Shown here one piece after another: positions 27,879 through 37,648 of a DNA stretch of 64,000 bases. Position numbers and translations under genes: made by a program. Origin of the DNA: Candidatus Poseidoniaceae archaeon (GTDB lineage: Archaea; Thermoplasmatota; Poseidoniia; Poseidoniales; Poseidoniaceae); the NCBI GenBank assembly GCA_943788295.1, contig CALSPS010000002.1:187352-251351 (forward strand), in the 5' to 3' direction. The notes beneath the pieces were generated by a model that was not told where the DNA came from, searched no databases, and saw only the letters and a program-made list of their open reading frames with translations. How positions within the stretch are numbered: position 1 is the stretch's first letter; every line of letters starts with the position of its first letter.

Positions 27879-28892
27879 TCACTGCTCGGAAACATAGCCG
27901 AGTTGACTCAGCAAACCATCGATCAGTCGAAGCAGTCCCCTCAGGGTCACTTCAGACACATTGGCGACTCCACACACTTCAGATTGTGTTCGAGGAGAAC
28001 CTGATTCGCTGGATGCTTTGTAAATCAGTGCTGCTGCGACACCCATTGGCTTCTTCCCTTGCCAGATGTCCTCGTGCGGTTGAATGGCGGACCACAGGTG
28101 GCCCACTTGGATGTGGGTGTTTGGTGGTAATTGGAGATCTGAGATGAACTTGTCAAAGTACTGGTCTGGGGACGATATCTTGTGGAGGTTTAGCCTCCGG
28201 GACACTTGGCGAATCAAGCGAGAAAGTTCCTTTTCAGTCACATCGAAAGCCCGAGAGATGTCTGGGATTTGACGTGGGAGGTTTTCTTGGCGAGCGACGA
28301 GGTATGTGCATGCTGCAGTCACACCTGCGATGGACCGTCCAGTGACGAACCCTTCACCTGACAAGCGTCGGTACAAACGAGCTGCTTCCTCTTGGAGCGG
28401 CTTTGGTAAACCTGAGTTGTCTCGTATGAATTGGTTAGCACGAACGAGGTTGCGCTCTCTGCTCTTTCGAGTTTTGGAACGCTCATCGATGACTCGACGG
28501 CGTCGCCACTCTCTGCGTGCTTGGGATGAGATCCCGTGGCGTCCTGCTGATCCAGTGTTCAGGTCGCGAACATCAATCGTGGTGTTCAGGCCCTTGTCGG
28601 CTAGAGTGTAGGTGAGCGGTTGGCCAACCCGTGAGCGATCTTGGCTTCTGTCCCTGTTGGTCCACTCTGCGCCTGGGTCAATGACGTTTTCTTCAACGAC
28701 GAGACCGCATGCATTGCATGTGATTTCGCCGCGGCTGTCGTCAAGTTGCCAGTCCACGACGCCGCATTCTTCGCATGGTCGTGTGTGACCCTCCAGCGTT
28801 CGCCGGACGGAATGGCTGCTTTCTCTCGAGTCACGCGTGACCGGGGAGCTTGTGTTTAGGTTGCTTGTTTGGGGCTTTGTGTTTTGCTTCAT
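27879..28892 (-). CDS. tfb: Transcription initiation factor IIB (TFB)
   Basis: N-terminal zinc ribbon CEECG...CNACG, B-linker, and two cyclin-fold repeats (RNLVRANQFIRD..., GRSIAGVTAACTYLVAR...). It has an unusually long Ser/Thr-rich 38-aa N-terminal extension. Confidence 0.85.
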   Translation of the reverse strand: MKQNTKPQTSNLNTSSPVTRDSRESSHSVRRTLEGHTRPCEECGVVDWQLDDSRGEITCNACGLVVEENVIDPGAEWTNRDRSQDRSRVGQPLTYTLADKGLNTTIDVRDLNTGSAGRHGISSQARREWRRRRVIDERSKTRKSRERNLVRANQFIRDNSGLPKPLQEEAARLYRRLSGEGFVTGRSIAGVTAACTYLVARQENLPRQIPDISRAFDVTEKELSRLIRQVSRRLNLHKISSPDQYFDKFISDLQLPPNTHIQVGHLWSAIQPHEDIWQGKKPMGVAAALIYKASSESGSPRTQSEVCGVANVSEVTLRGLLRLIDGLLSQLGYVSEQ

Positions 28893-28928
28893 CTTCTCAA
28901 CTCCTTGTTCAGTAGTTGAGAACCTTTC

Positions 28929-28940
28929 TATTTAAAACCC
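28929..28940 (-). promoter_or_regulatory. Putative TATA box for tfb
   Basis: The minus strand reads GGTTTTAAATAG, about 37-50 nt upstream of the tfb ATG (28890-28892). Confidence 0.3.
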
Positions 28941-29141
28941 TGTGTGGGGGTGCTGATCGCTGAACGATAGACTCCTCGTAGGATAGACGGTCTGTTTGGG
29001 GTTCTCCGTAAGTAAACCATGATTACCTCGAACTGAATATAAACTGTTGTTTGAGGGATTTCATGGGGAAGGCATGGTCTAACCATCCCGAAGCAAGAGT
29101 TCAAAGACGGTACGCGGTACCCAACAAGCAGGGAGAAGACC

Positions 29142-30449
29142 ATGCCAGCAACTGTCGTTCTTGGAGCACAATGGGGAGATGAAGGAAAAGGAAAACTAGT
29201 GGACAGGATTGCTGAACAGGCCACATGGGTTGTTCGTTTCCAAGGTGGTAACAACGCCGGACACACAGTGGTTCTCGGAGAACAAGTCCTCAAGTTCCAT
29301 TTGCTCCCATCGGGAATCACCCGCAAGGAATGCAACTTGGTTCTCGGCGACGGCATGGTGATTGATCCTTGGGTTCTTGACACCGAATTAAACGGCTGGA
29401 AGGACAGCACGGGTGAGGACCCCAGAGGCGACCGTTTGTTCATCAGCGAACGGGCTCACGTGATTCTCCCCTACCATTGCATTTTAGACGGTCAGGATAA
29501 GAAAATCGGTACAACAGGACGAGGTATAGGCCCGACCTATGCAGATAAAATCAACAGAATTGGATTGCGGTTCGGTGACCTTGCCGAAGTGAACGGTGAT
29601 GACGAATGGATTCACTCGACGGCGAACAGAATGAACGCCAGCCTTACTGCTGCAGGATGCGAGGACCGAATCAAGGAGGCAGACCTCAAATCTGATGTGG
29701 CCTGGATCCTCGAATCGTACGCTGGCTGCATTGCCAACACTGGTTTGATGCTCGATAACGCACTCAAACTGGATGAACATGTCATCCTCGAAGGCGCTCA
29801 AGGATGCTTGCTTGATATTGACCAAGGCACTTTCCCCTACGTCACATCATCTGTGACTTCACGCGGCAATGCCGGCCACGGTGCGGGCATTCATCCGGGC
29901 CATGTTGAAGACGTGATTGGCATCACGAAAGCCTACATCACGCGCGTGGGCCACGGAGCAATGCCGACTGAATTGGAAGATGAAGTCGGAGACCACCTAG
30001 GTACCATCGGTCATGAATTTGGTACCACCACCGGACGCAAGCGACGCTGCGGTTGGTTCGATGCTGTTGTCATGCGTCATGCACAGCGAGTGAATGGATT
30101 CACAGGACTTGCCTTGACGAAATTGGATGTGCTTGGTGGTCTTGAAGAATTGAACATCTGTGTGGCATACGAATTGGATGGGAAGGAAATCCTCGAAATG
30201 CCAGCAAGTGCCACCGCACTCGCCCGATGCAATCCGATTTACATCACAATGCCAGGATTCCCTGGTCATTCCCTCGAGGAATGGCTCGCCATTGCCAAGA
30301 AGGCTAACGCCGATGCTGCGGGATACGCATCACTGCCAACAGCCGCTCAATTGTACATCAAAAAGATCGAAGCGCTTGTGGGTGTACCTTGCACCAGCGT
30401 TGGCGTTGGACCAGACCGTGATGCAACGATTGACTGCGTTGATGCGTGA
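29142..30449 (+). CDS. purA: Adenylosuccinate synthetase
   Basis: The N-terminal GAQWGDEGKGKLVD is the PurA P-loop signature, with GNNAGHTV and GTTGRGIGP motifs downstream. GGGAGAAG precedes the ATG. Confidence 0.9.
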   Translation: MPATVVLGAQWGDEGKGKLVDRIAEQATWVVRFQGGNNAGHTVVLGEQVLKFHLLPSGITRKECNLVLGDGMVIDPWVLDTELNGWKDSTGEDPRGDRLFISERAHVILPYHCILDGQDKKIGTTGRGIGPTYADKINRIGLRFGDLAEVNGDDEWIHSTANRMNASLTAAGCEDRIKEADLKSDVAWILESYAGCIANTGLMLDNALKLDEHVILEGAQGCLLDIDQGTFPYVTSSVTSRGNAGHGAGIHPGHVEDVIGITKAYITRVGHGAMPTELEDEVGDHLGTIGHEFGTTTGRKRRCGWFDAVVMRHAQRVNGFTGLALTKLDVLGGLEELNICVAYELDGKEILEMPASATALARCNPIYITMPGFPGHSLEEWLAIAKKANADAAGYASLPTAAQLYIKKIEALVGVPCTSVGVGPDRDATIDCVDA

Positions 30450-30511
30450 AGGCTTTCATCCTATATTGAGGTGAAGACTCAAAAAGGATTGGCCCAACCG
30501 ACCGTTTACAG

Positions 30512-30584
30512 GGGCGTTTAGCTCAGTTGGAAGAGTGCTTGGTTTGCAACCAAGATGTCGTGGGTTCAAATCCCACAACGTCCA
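30512..30584 (+). tRNA. tRNA-Ala (anticodon TGC)
   Basis: Hand-folded cloverleaf. The acceptor stem gggcgtt/aacgtcc carries the G3:U70 wobble (the Ala identity element). D stem is gctc/gagt, the anticodon loop tttgcaa, the T arm gtggg-ttcaaat-cccac, and the discriminator A73. No CCA is encoded. Confidence 0.9.
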
Positions 30585-30643
30585 TTTCCCTGCTCAAAGA
30601 GTCTGAACCCCGTGAGGTTTTGACTCACTGTGATTGTCATCAA

Positions 30644-31969
30644 TCATTCAAGAAGTGCCTCAGCATCCTTGAGTTCGCGTTTCAACTTTCGCTCCAAGAT
30701 CTCAATTTGGTCTTTGAGGTTCTGGATCACGCTCATGGCATTGCTGGCGTTGCCCTTCATGGCTTGGAAGTCACCAAGGTCGGTTTTAATTTGAGCAAGA
30801 GATTTCCTCAAGGCATCCACATCCACCTCAATCTCACCCTGAGCATGGAGTTGCTCGTTGACAAGTTGGATGCGCAAGGTTCGGTAGATCACCTCCAGAG
30901 CAAGGAAGTCGTCGTTCTTCCAGTCCACGCCGACAAGGTAATTTTCATCTTCCTTTTCAACAACGAAAGAACGAACACCCATGTGCTTACGCTCCATGAG
31001 GCCGATGCCGCAGAGAGCAGAGCGATTCTTGACACCTTCACGAATCTGCCGAAGCAATTCTTTTCGAGGAATCTTACCCGCTTTGGCTTCAATGGCCACC
31101 CGCAGCGGAGGAAGGCCGGTGTGATTTATGACCAGGACAATGTCACCAACCTTGGAACGTGAAGCACCTTCCCCTTCACCACCCGTGTGTTCCACGCGGT
31201 CACCAAACAAACCAGCGATGTCCTGTAGCGCATCAACACTGTCATTTTCAAAGTGAATACCCTTGCCAGTGCTCTTCTCATGGAGTTCTTCAATCTCCTG
31301 TTCCTTAGCTTGGAGGGTTTCATCGACGTTGAGTGCATCTTCTATGCGCTTCATTCGAGCGTCAAGTTGTTCACCCATTTCGGTCATGGTTTGAGCCACC
31401 ATGGTCCGAATTTCACCGACACGTTCCCGTTGTTCCCGAACAAACTTGCCGAGGTTGGTCTTTTCGTCCGTGATGTCCGTGGCTTGGCTGAGTATGGTCA
31501 TCACCTGTGTGGCCTGATCCAAGAGGACTTGGCCTGTCTTTGCAGGAATGGAATTAGCCTGTTCGGGGTCAGTTAGGTTGTTTGTAACTGATTTCAACAA
31601 ACGCTCAAGAAGGCCGTCTGAGCCAAGAGTCTCTTGCATGCGACGTGCGAGGATTGAATCGTTGCCCGTCAAATTAGACTCGACAAAAGCCTCTAGATTT
31701 TTGTTGATTTCTTGTTGTTGTGAGAGGGTTTGCTCAGCCGTGTGTTCCACCATGCGCTCAAGTTCACTTGTGTCTAACGAGAGAGAGGCATTGGCCATTG
31801 CGAGAATACCGATTTGAGTGGCATTATTGAGGTAGTCAATCAAATCCTCTTTCGAATTTCGGAATTGTTCCGGGATTTGAATCCATACATTGTGTGGAAT
31901 ATTGAGTTCAATTGAATGTGACGATTGCTCAACATTGGGTTCCTGTGTGCGGGGTTCTCTGATGGTCAT
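30644..31969 (-). CDS. Coiled-coil protein with C-terminal PD-(D/E)XK nuclease-like domain (DUF2130/RmuC-like)
   Basis: 441 aa. Residues ~60-250 are heptad-rich and Gln/Glu-rich. The C-terminal core VGDIVLVINHTGLPPLRVAIEAKAGKIPRKELL has D276 ... E294-x-K296 in PD-(D/E)XK spacing, followed by a coiled-coil tail. Confidence 0.5.
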   Translation of the reverse strand: MTIREPRTQEPNVEQSSHSIELNIPHNVWIQIPEQFRNSKEDLIDYLNNATQIGILAMANASLSLDTSELERMVEHTAEQTLSQQQEINKNLEAFVESNLTGNDSILARRMQETLGSDGLLERLLKSVTNNLTDPEQANSIPAKTGQVLLDQATQVMTILSQATDITDEKTNLGKFVREQRERVGEIRTMVAQTMTEMGEQLDARMKRIEDALNVDETLQAKEQEIEELHEKSTGKGIHFENDSVDALQDIAGLFGDRVEHTGGEGEGASRSKVGDIVLVINHTGLPPLRVAIEAKAGKIPRKELLRQIREGVKNRSALCGIGLMERKHMGVRSFVVEKEDENYLVGVDWKNDDFLALEVIYRTLRIQLVNEQLHAQGEIEVDVDALRKSLAQIKTDLGDFQAMKGNASNAMSVIQNLKDQIEILERKLKRELKDAEALLE

Positions 31970-32058
31970 GTCTCTACAAGGCTCCTACCCCTTATAAATT
32001 GTTCAACCGGTTAAATTTGGGCTGGCATAAGTATGGCAGGGATTCGAGTCACAAGCGT

Positions 32059-32508
32059 TCAGTTCAGCCATGTATTGGATGGTTCTAAGAGCAATTTTTC
32101 AGCGTGCCAACCGGAAAAATGAACCGTTGGTGCAGGCAAATCAATCCCCTCTGATCTTAGGTCTGTGAAGAATTTCATAAGTGAAAGAAAGCCGTTGATG
32201 GGTAATGCATTCTCCACTGCATCATTGGGTGCGAGCGTCCAGAATAATTCAGGTACACATCCGCCGATCATGCTTGAGATACCAACCATCTTTGATTCCC
32301 CGAGGTTTACTTCGGAATCTTGAATGCACATGAGCCAGATGTGCAGATCCTCATACTTCTCGATTCTAGGCTGTAGCAATGCGATTGAGCGTCGAAGTTC
32401 ATCGCGATGTTGCCTCACAAAGCCCAAATCCACCTTGGTGAACCCTCTTGGTATTCCCAAAGCTTGCAGTACCGTTTCTAAATTCCATCCATAGGTTATT
32501 GATGCCAT
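32059..32508 (-). CDS. Hypothetical protein (149 aa) upstream of the DUF2130-like gene
   Basis: No recognisable motif. Same strand, 89-bp gap to the downstream gene. Confidence 0.3.
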   Translation of the reverse strand: MASITYGWNLETVLQALGIPRGFTKVDLGFVRQHRDELRRSIALLQPRIEKYEDLHIWLMCIQDSEVNLGESKMVGISSMIGGCVPELFWTLAPNDAVENALPINGFLSLMKFFTDLRSEGIDLPAPTVHFSGWHAEKLLLEPSNTWLN

Positions 32509-32639
32509 ATTTTGAACTTACAATTCACAGTATATGAACCAAAATAAGACGGCTGTTCTCGAAGTGAAAGTAAAATCACAACTCCTCTTGTCGCACAGAT
32601 GGGGCACGTTGAACTAAATGTTCACCATTGGCAAACCAA

Positions 32640-34511
32640 TCAAACACACACTGTATGCGTGCAGGCTGGTGGTGTGAAGTATTGCCGATCTTCTGGGATG
32701 AAGGTGTCCAACTGCAAGGTTGAGCCTTCGCCTTCTTGGATGAAGACGACTGATGAGGTGCTCGCTGGAAGGTAATCCTCGCCTGTTGACAGCAGGCTGA
32801 GTCTTAATCGGTGACCTGCCTCAATCTCAGCGTCCAACGGCATGAATTCCATCTTCGCATTGATGGTTTCGACCAGTGGGGTCCATGTTTGGATGTCATC
32901 CCCGCCTGCGTGATACCGCAAATCCATGATAGCGTGTCCAATATGGATGCATTCATCGTTTTCATCGCAATCTTCCAAGAGCGCGTAAAGTTGGCCACCA
33001 ACCGTAGCGGTCGTCACATCGACATGGAGTCGAGGCGTGCCTGCGACGTACAATGTTTCGCCCAGTGGTTCTGATTCCCAAGTCGGGCCTGTTGTCGCAT
33101 CTGGTAATACGCTCATTCCTCCGCCCACACTCGTGAGCATACCTCCAAGGTCCATGCTCATGACTTCAACGTCGATTGGAGGGTAGCGGTCTTCAAGTCG
33201 CCAAGAACCCTGATTCGATTGGATTTCGACGTACAATCCGGGTTGTTCACCCTCGCCTCGTAGATAGAAATCAAACCACTCAAGGAGGTCTTGCATCCAA
33301 TCCATTCGAACCATTTCAGGGAAGGCTTCTCCTCCTCGGCCGCCCATGTCGGAACGGTCGAACAGTTGTTGTGGGCGGTCTGGATAATCGTGATCCCATT
33401 GACCAAACAAGCCCTTTGCATCGATGCCTGCATCCTTCAGAGCGTTGATGGTCGGAACCGCCATGTGAGGGTCGACGTTCCAATCGTGCATGCCTTGAAT
33501 CAGGTAAACGCTGCCTTGGTAATTTTCGATCACTCGGTCGAGGAAGTAACGTTCTGCCCAATAATCACCTGCAACTTCAGAACCAAAAATATAGGCGGAA
33601 ACGCCAGTTCCGGGCCCAATGAGGTAATCTGGGCATATGTTTTGGTAATCTTCCTCATCACCGTCAATTCCGTATGATCCGTAGACCCCGTTGTGCATGA
33701 TCGGTGCGCGTGCTTCTGCTGAGCCGTTGCGCCACATCAATTCCTTGACGCCGATGAGGCCGGAGATTGGCACGATGGTCTTGAGGTAATCATGTTCTGC
33801 CCCAAACATAGCTGCTTGCCAAGGTGTGCTGCCGTCGTAGGATTTTCCAATCATGCCAACAGCGCCGTTGGACCAATTTTGTTCACCAAACCAGCGAACT
33901 GCCGCGTCGTTGCCGAGTTGCTCTGCGTTGCCCATGAGGTCCATGCAGTGGTTCGAGCGACCCGTGCCGGCAACTGAAACTTGGGCGAAGGCATAGCCAT
34001 GCGGGAGAATCTGGTCGATGATCATCTGGCCGAGCCATGTGCCAGGTACCTCGATGCTCGGTGTTTCAACCGATGCTTCCTGGAAGTATGGTCCAAATTC
34101 CGCAATCACAGGGACCTTGACGCCTTCTGGAACATTTGGTCGCCACACTGCAAGGCTGATGACCGCGTCGTCTGGAGCAGCCCCACCCTCGCTGATTGGA
34201 AGGGAATACTCGACAAAGTGGTGGGTTGAATTCCATTCGTTCTCCGTTGCGAGAATTTCGTAAGGACCAACTTCCAACGCTATGCCGAAGTCGCCTTCTG
34301 TTTCATAGGGCAAGGTCGACCTCTCCCACACTGGAACCCGGTAAGGGTTTGAAGATCCTTCTTCGTCGACAACGAGGTCCATGACGGCTTCACCGAACAC
34401 AGCCGAGACGAATAAAAAGACCAAAGAGACGGCAATTGTCGAGCCCAACACGAGGTTGAATTCTCTTGAGCGTTGACTTCGCTCAATCAAATCGCTCTCC
34501 AAATCGCTCAT
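32640..34511 (-). CDS. Membrane-anchored S15/CocE-NonD family hydrolase (X-Pro dipeptidyl-peptidase-like)
   Basis: N-terminal signal anchor (LVLGSTIAVSLVFLFVSAVF). The GKSYDGSTPWQAA nucleophile elbow is GxSYxG as in S15 peptidases. A C-terminal beta-sandwich-like region follows. 623 aa. Confidence 0.6.
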   Translation of the reverse strand: MSDLESDLIERSQRSREFNLVLGSTIAVSLVFLFVSAVFGEAVMDLVVDEEGSSNPYRVPVWERSTLPYETEGDFGIALEVGPYEILATENEWNSTHHFVEYSLPISEGGAAPDDAVISLAVWRPNVPEGVKVPVIAEFGPYFQEASVETPSIEVPGTWLGQMIIDQILPHGYAFAQVSVAGTGRSNHCMDLMGNAEQLGNDAAVRWFGEQNWSNGAVGMIGKSYDGSTPWQAAMFGAEHDYLKTIVPISGLIGVKELMWRNGSAEARAPIMHNGVYGSYGIDGDEEDYQNICPDYLIGPGTGVSAYIFGSEVAGDYWAERYFLDRVIENYQGSVYLIQGMHDWNVDPHMAVPTINALKDAGIDAKGLFGQWDHDYPDRPQQLFDRSDMGGRGGEAFPEMVRMDWMQDLLEWFDFYLRGEGEQPGLYVEIQSNQGSWRLEDRYPPIDVEVMSMDLGGMLTSVGGGMSVLPDATTGPTWESEPLGETLYVAGTPRLHVDVTTATVGGQLYALLEDCDENDECIHIGHAIMDLRYHAGGDDIQTWTPLVETINAKMEFMPLDAEIEAGHRLRLSLLSTGEDYLPASTSSVVFIQEGEGSTLQLDTFIPEDRQYFTPPACTHTVCV

Positions 34512-34590
34512 TTCCTTCCCTCCTGCAGACTTGCCTTGTGAGGGCCTCTTTTGAGGTTACCGAGTCAATGGTTGTCGGTGTAAATGAGGC

Positions 34591-35937
34591 CTAATCGTCC
34601 CTTTGTCGCTGATTGCGAGACCGATTTCGATTCCTCGAACGGTTGTTTCCACCTTGATTCGAACCGCTCTGCCCGCTGCGTTGTTGTTGGCCACTGTTGC
34701 GACCCTGTCCCCCTCTTGGGCGGTTTCGATTGCGTTGTTTTTTCTTCGGTGCGTTCGGGTCTTTGATTTTGCCCGGTTTTTGACCAGGCTTCGGAATCGC
34801 ACCGATGAAGTGGAATTCGTGAGAACTATCGACGGGTATTTCTTTGCCGATCAATTGTTGAATGCCGACGAGATAACCTGATTCGGTGTCGTCGCAAAAG
34901 CCGTACGCTACACCCGTTTTCCCTGCACGAGCGGTACGTCCAATGCGGTGAACATAACTCTCTGGCTCATTGGGCAAGTCGTAATTGAAGACGTGCGTGA
35001 CACCATCCACGTCAATGCCTCGGCTGGCAATGTCGGTGGCCACCAAAATCGGTATCGAGCCGCTCTTGAAACCAGCCAATGCCTTGGTTCTCGCTCCTTG
35101 GCTTTTGTTTCCATGGATTGCTGCAGCGGAAATGCCGCTTTGATCCAACTGCTTGACAAGACGGTTTGCCCCGTGCTTTGTCCGTGTAAAGACGATGCCA
35201 CATTCCACCCGTTCTTGTTTGATGATTTTGACCAAAAGTCGGCGCTTGTCTGCCTTTCGCAAGAACATTATTTTCTGGTCAATCCGATCAACAGTGACTT
35301 CTTCGGGTGTAATGTCCACTTTGATGGCGTCATGAAGAAACGAACCAGCGAGGTTGGCAATAGAGGAGGGCATTGTCGCACTAAACAAAAGATTCTGGCG
35401 CCTTTTTGGCAACAGTTTCAACACTTTCTTGATGTCGTGAATGAAGCCCATGTCAAGCATTCTGTCGGCTTCGTCCAGAACAAAGAACTCAACATGAGTG
35501 ATGTCGATGTGACCTTGGTTGATCAAGTCGAGCAAGCGGCCAGGTGTTGCAACGAGAATGTCCAATCCCTTTTGCAAAGCTCGAACCTGTGGGTTTTGAT
35601 TGACACCTCCAAAGATGACCTTGTGACGGATGTCCAAATGTTCACTGTAAGCGTCAAACCGCTCATCGATTTGGGCAGCAAGTTCCCTTGTCGGTGACAG
35701 CACCAAGGCACGAATCTTTCGCTTGCCTTGGGGTCTGTTACGGCTCATTATTTGAAGCACCGGGAGCGCAAATGCTGCGGTTTTTCCGGTTCCTGTTTGG
35801 GCCACTCCGAGCACGTCCCGTCCTGCGAGAAGGGGCGGTATGGACTGCTCTTGGACTGGAGTGGGGGTTGTGTACCCTTCAGCAGACACGGCTCGCAAGA
35901 GTGGTTCTGATAGTCCAAGTGCTTGAAAATCGGTCAT
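34591..35937 (-). CDS. DEAD-box ATP-dependent RNA helicase with C-terminal Arg/Gly/Asn-rich tail
   Basis: The Q-motif is TPTPVQEQSIP, motif I AQTGTGKTAAF, motif II DEAD, motif III SAT, and motif VI HRIGRTARAG. Start set at MTDFQALGL (ATG 35935-35937); the track ORF to 36153 adds 72 spurious residues. The tail is GGQGRNSGQQQRSGQSGSNQGGNNRSRNRNRSRNQRQRDD. Confidence 0.85.
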   Translation of the reverse strand: MTDFQALGLSEPLLRAVSAEGYTTPTPVQEQSIPPLLAGRDVLGVAQTGTGKTAAFALPVLQIMSRNRPQGKRKIRALVLSPTRELAAQIDERFDAYSEHLDIRHKVIFGGVNQNPQVRALQKGLDILVATPGRLLDLINQGHIDITHVEFFVLDEADRMLDMGFIHDIKKVLKLLPKRRQNLLFSATMPSSIANLAGSFLHDAIKVDITPEEVTVDRIDQKIMFLRKADKRRLLVKIIKQERVECGIVFTRTKHGANRLVKQLDQSGISAAAIHGNKSQGARTKALAGFKSGSIPILVATDIASRGIDVDGVTHVFNYDLPNEPESYVHRIGRTARAGKTGVAYGFCDDTESGYLVGIQQLIGKEIPVDSSHEFHFIGAIPKPGQKPGKIKDPNAPKKKQRNRNRPRGGQGRNSGQQQRSGQSGSNQGGNNRSRNRNRSRNQRQRDD

Positions 35938-36076
35938 TGAAATCCCTCGTTCTATTGACGCAGTGAATCGCTGTGTGCAATCTGAACAAGCCAAGGTCCC
36001 GGCATCTCCCCTAAGAAGCAGGGGGGTTGAAAACCGGTGCGTGCAATGATTGGAAAGGACTCCAACCAACGCCGTT

Positions 36077-37633
36077 TCACAGAATTGGTTGGTTACGAAG
36101 CCATTCAAGATCCGAGATGTACAACTGGCGGATGTCATCCAATCCAAGCACAAGCATAGCGAGGCGCTCTAAGCCCATGCCCCAAGCGAGAACGGGCGTT
36201 GAGATGCCCAGAGGTTCGGTGACTTCGGGTCGGAAAATTCCAGCACCGCCAAGTTCCAACCATTGACCTCGCCATTTCACTTCGATTTCTAAACTTGGCT
36301 CGGTGTACGGGAAATACGCCGGCCGAACACGAACTTCAGGGTAACCCATCTTGGCGTAGAAGGTCTTCAGGGTGGTCACCAGCATTTGCAGGTTGGCCCC
36401 CTCTTCCATGATGATGCCTTCGATTTGGTGGAATTCTGGGAGGTGGGTTCGGTCGATCGCTTCCTTCCTGAACACCCGATCTACCGAAAACACACGGCAA
36501 GCCTCGTTTGGATGGGCTGCAAGGTATTGGATGGTGTTGACCGTGGTGTGGGTTCTCAGCAGTCCCTTTTCTGATGTGGTCTTTGAAAACGCACCACCCC
36601 AACCGACTGAGCCAGTTTCGCCCCCGTGTTCGTGAATGTCCCCCCATGCTTTGACAAGGTCATCTGGAAGCGGTATTGAAGCGGGCGAATCAAGATAGAA
36701 TGTATCCTGCATTTCACGCGCTGGGTGGTCTTGTGGAATGAACAAAGCATCCATGTTCCATCCTGCAGTTTGGACGTAATCATCAACCAGTTCTGAGAAT
36801 CCCATTTCCAAGAAAATCGAGCGTACCCTTTCGATCAGTGCTTGCATTGGATGGCTTCGACCGGTTCGAGGTGTGGCGGATTCAAGCGTGACATCGAAAC
36901 TTCTGAATTCCGCTTCTTTCCAAGCCTCTGATTGCAGCAATTCTGTGGTGATGTCGGAAATGGCTTGCTTTTCTTGAAGGTGTCCGCTGTCGACAGAAGA
37001 CCCGGCACCGGTGATGGTCCATGTGCGGGTTGTTGCCTCAGTGACTTCGATCAACCCACGTCGAGATTTGAAATGCTCAAACAGAGCAGCATCGGCTGAT
37101 TCTGCTGAGAGCGGAAGTGCGTTGAGAAACGAGGTGCGTTGTGCGATTTGCTCGCTCACTTCGTCAGGATTTGGTGCGTGGAACGCTCCCTTGACCAGTT
37201 CGACCCCTAGGCGTTTTAGCAAGCCCACACCAGGCCCCGCTTCATGGCGTTCAAAGGCTGTCTGAAGGTTGGCCATCGTTGGTTCCGAAGTGGTTTGAAT
37301 CCAAGTCCAAAGTCGCTGCTCAAGCAGTCCGTTGTCGATGGCATTGTTTCCCTCCGGTGCCGCCTTGACGGTCCTTGTCACCTGCTCATTGGTGTCGACC
37401 AAACCGTGGTTTGTGAGGCCGTGGCCAGCGCCAACTGCAATGGCTTGATCGTTCCATTCACAGGCTTGGAGAATCGCATCAAGCGTCCACTCCTTCCCAG
37501 CATCTTGTTGCATCACTTTGAGCATTCTCCGCTCAGGATTCAGCAAGTTAGGGGCCTCCATGAAAAACTCGGTGTGCCCAACGCCCTTCAAATCTGTCCT
37601 TGTTTTTGACTGCAGAATGAGGTTCGCACGCAC
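36077..37633 (-). CDS. pheS: Phenylalanine--tRNA ligase alpha subunit (archaeal/eukaryotic type)
   Basis: Class II motif 2 FRKEAIDRTHLPEFHQIEG and motif 3 GMGLERLAMLVLG are present, with N-terminal winged-helix-like repeats. An alternative start MEAPNLL is at 37561. Confidence 0.85.
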   Translation of the reverse strand: MRANLILQSKTRTDLKGVGHTEFFMEAPNLLNPERRMLKVMQQDAGKEWTLDAILQACEWNDQAIAVGAGHGLTNHGLVDTNEQVTRTVKAAPEGNNAIDNGLLEQRLWTWIQTTSEPTMANLQTAFERHEAGPGVGLLKRLGVELVKGAFHAPNPDEVSEQIAQRTSFLNALPLSAESADAALFEHFKSRRGLIEVTEATTRTWTITGAGSSVDSGHLQEKQAISDITTELLQSEAWKEAEFRSFDVTLESATPRTGRSHPMQALIERVRSIFLEMGFSELVDDYVQTAGWNMDALFIPQDHPAREMQDTFYLDSPASIPLPDDLVKAWGDIHEHGGETGSVGWGGAFSKTTSEKGLLRTHTTVNTIQYLAAHPNEACRVFSVDRVFRKEAIDRTHLPEFHQIEGIIMEEGANLQMLVTTLKTFYAKMGYPEVRVRPAYFPYTEPSLEIEVKWRGQWLELGGAGIFRPEVTEPLGISTPVLAWGMGLERLAMLVLGLDDIRQLYISDLEWLRNQPIL

Positions 37634-37648
37634 TCAAGGTTTGGGCGG

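Noticed and set aside
30450-30700. Integrated mobile element at tRNA-Ala
   Set aside because: No integrase, no transposase, and no recognisable direct repeat of the tRNA 3' end could be found downstream. The flanking genes are ordinary chromosomal types.
34948-35697. 249-aa plus-strand ORF antisense to the DEAD-box helicase
   Set aside because: The helicase motifs I-VI on the minus strand are unambiguous. The antisense ORF has no motif and a low-complexity composition.
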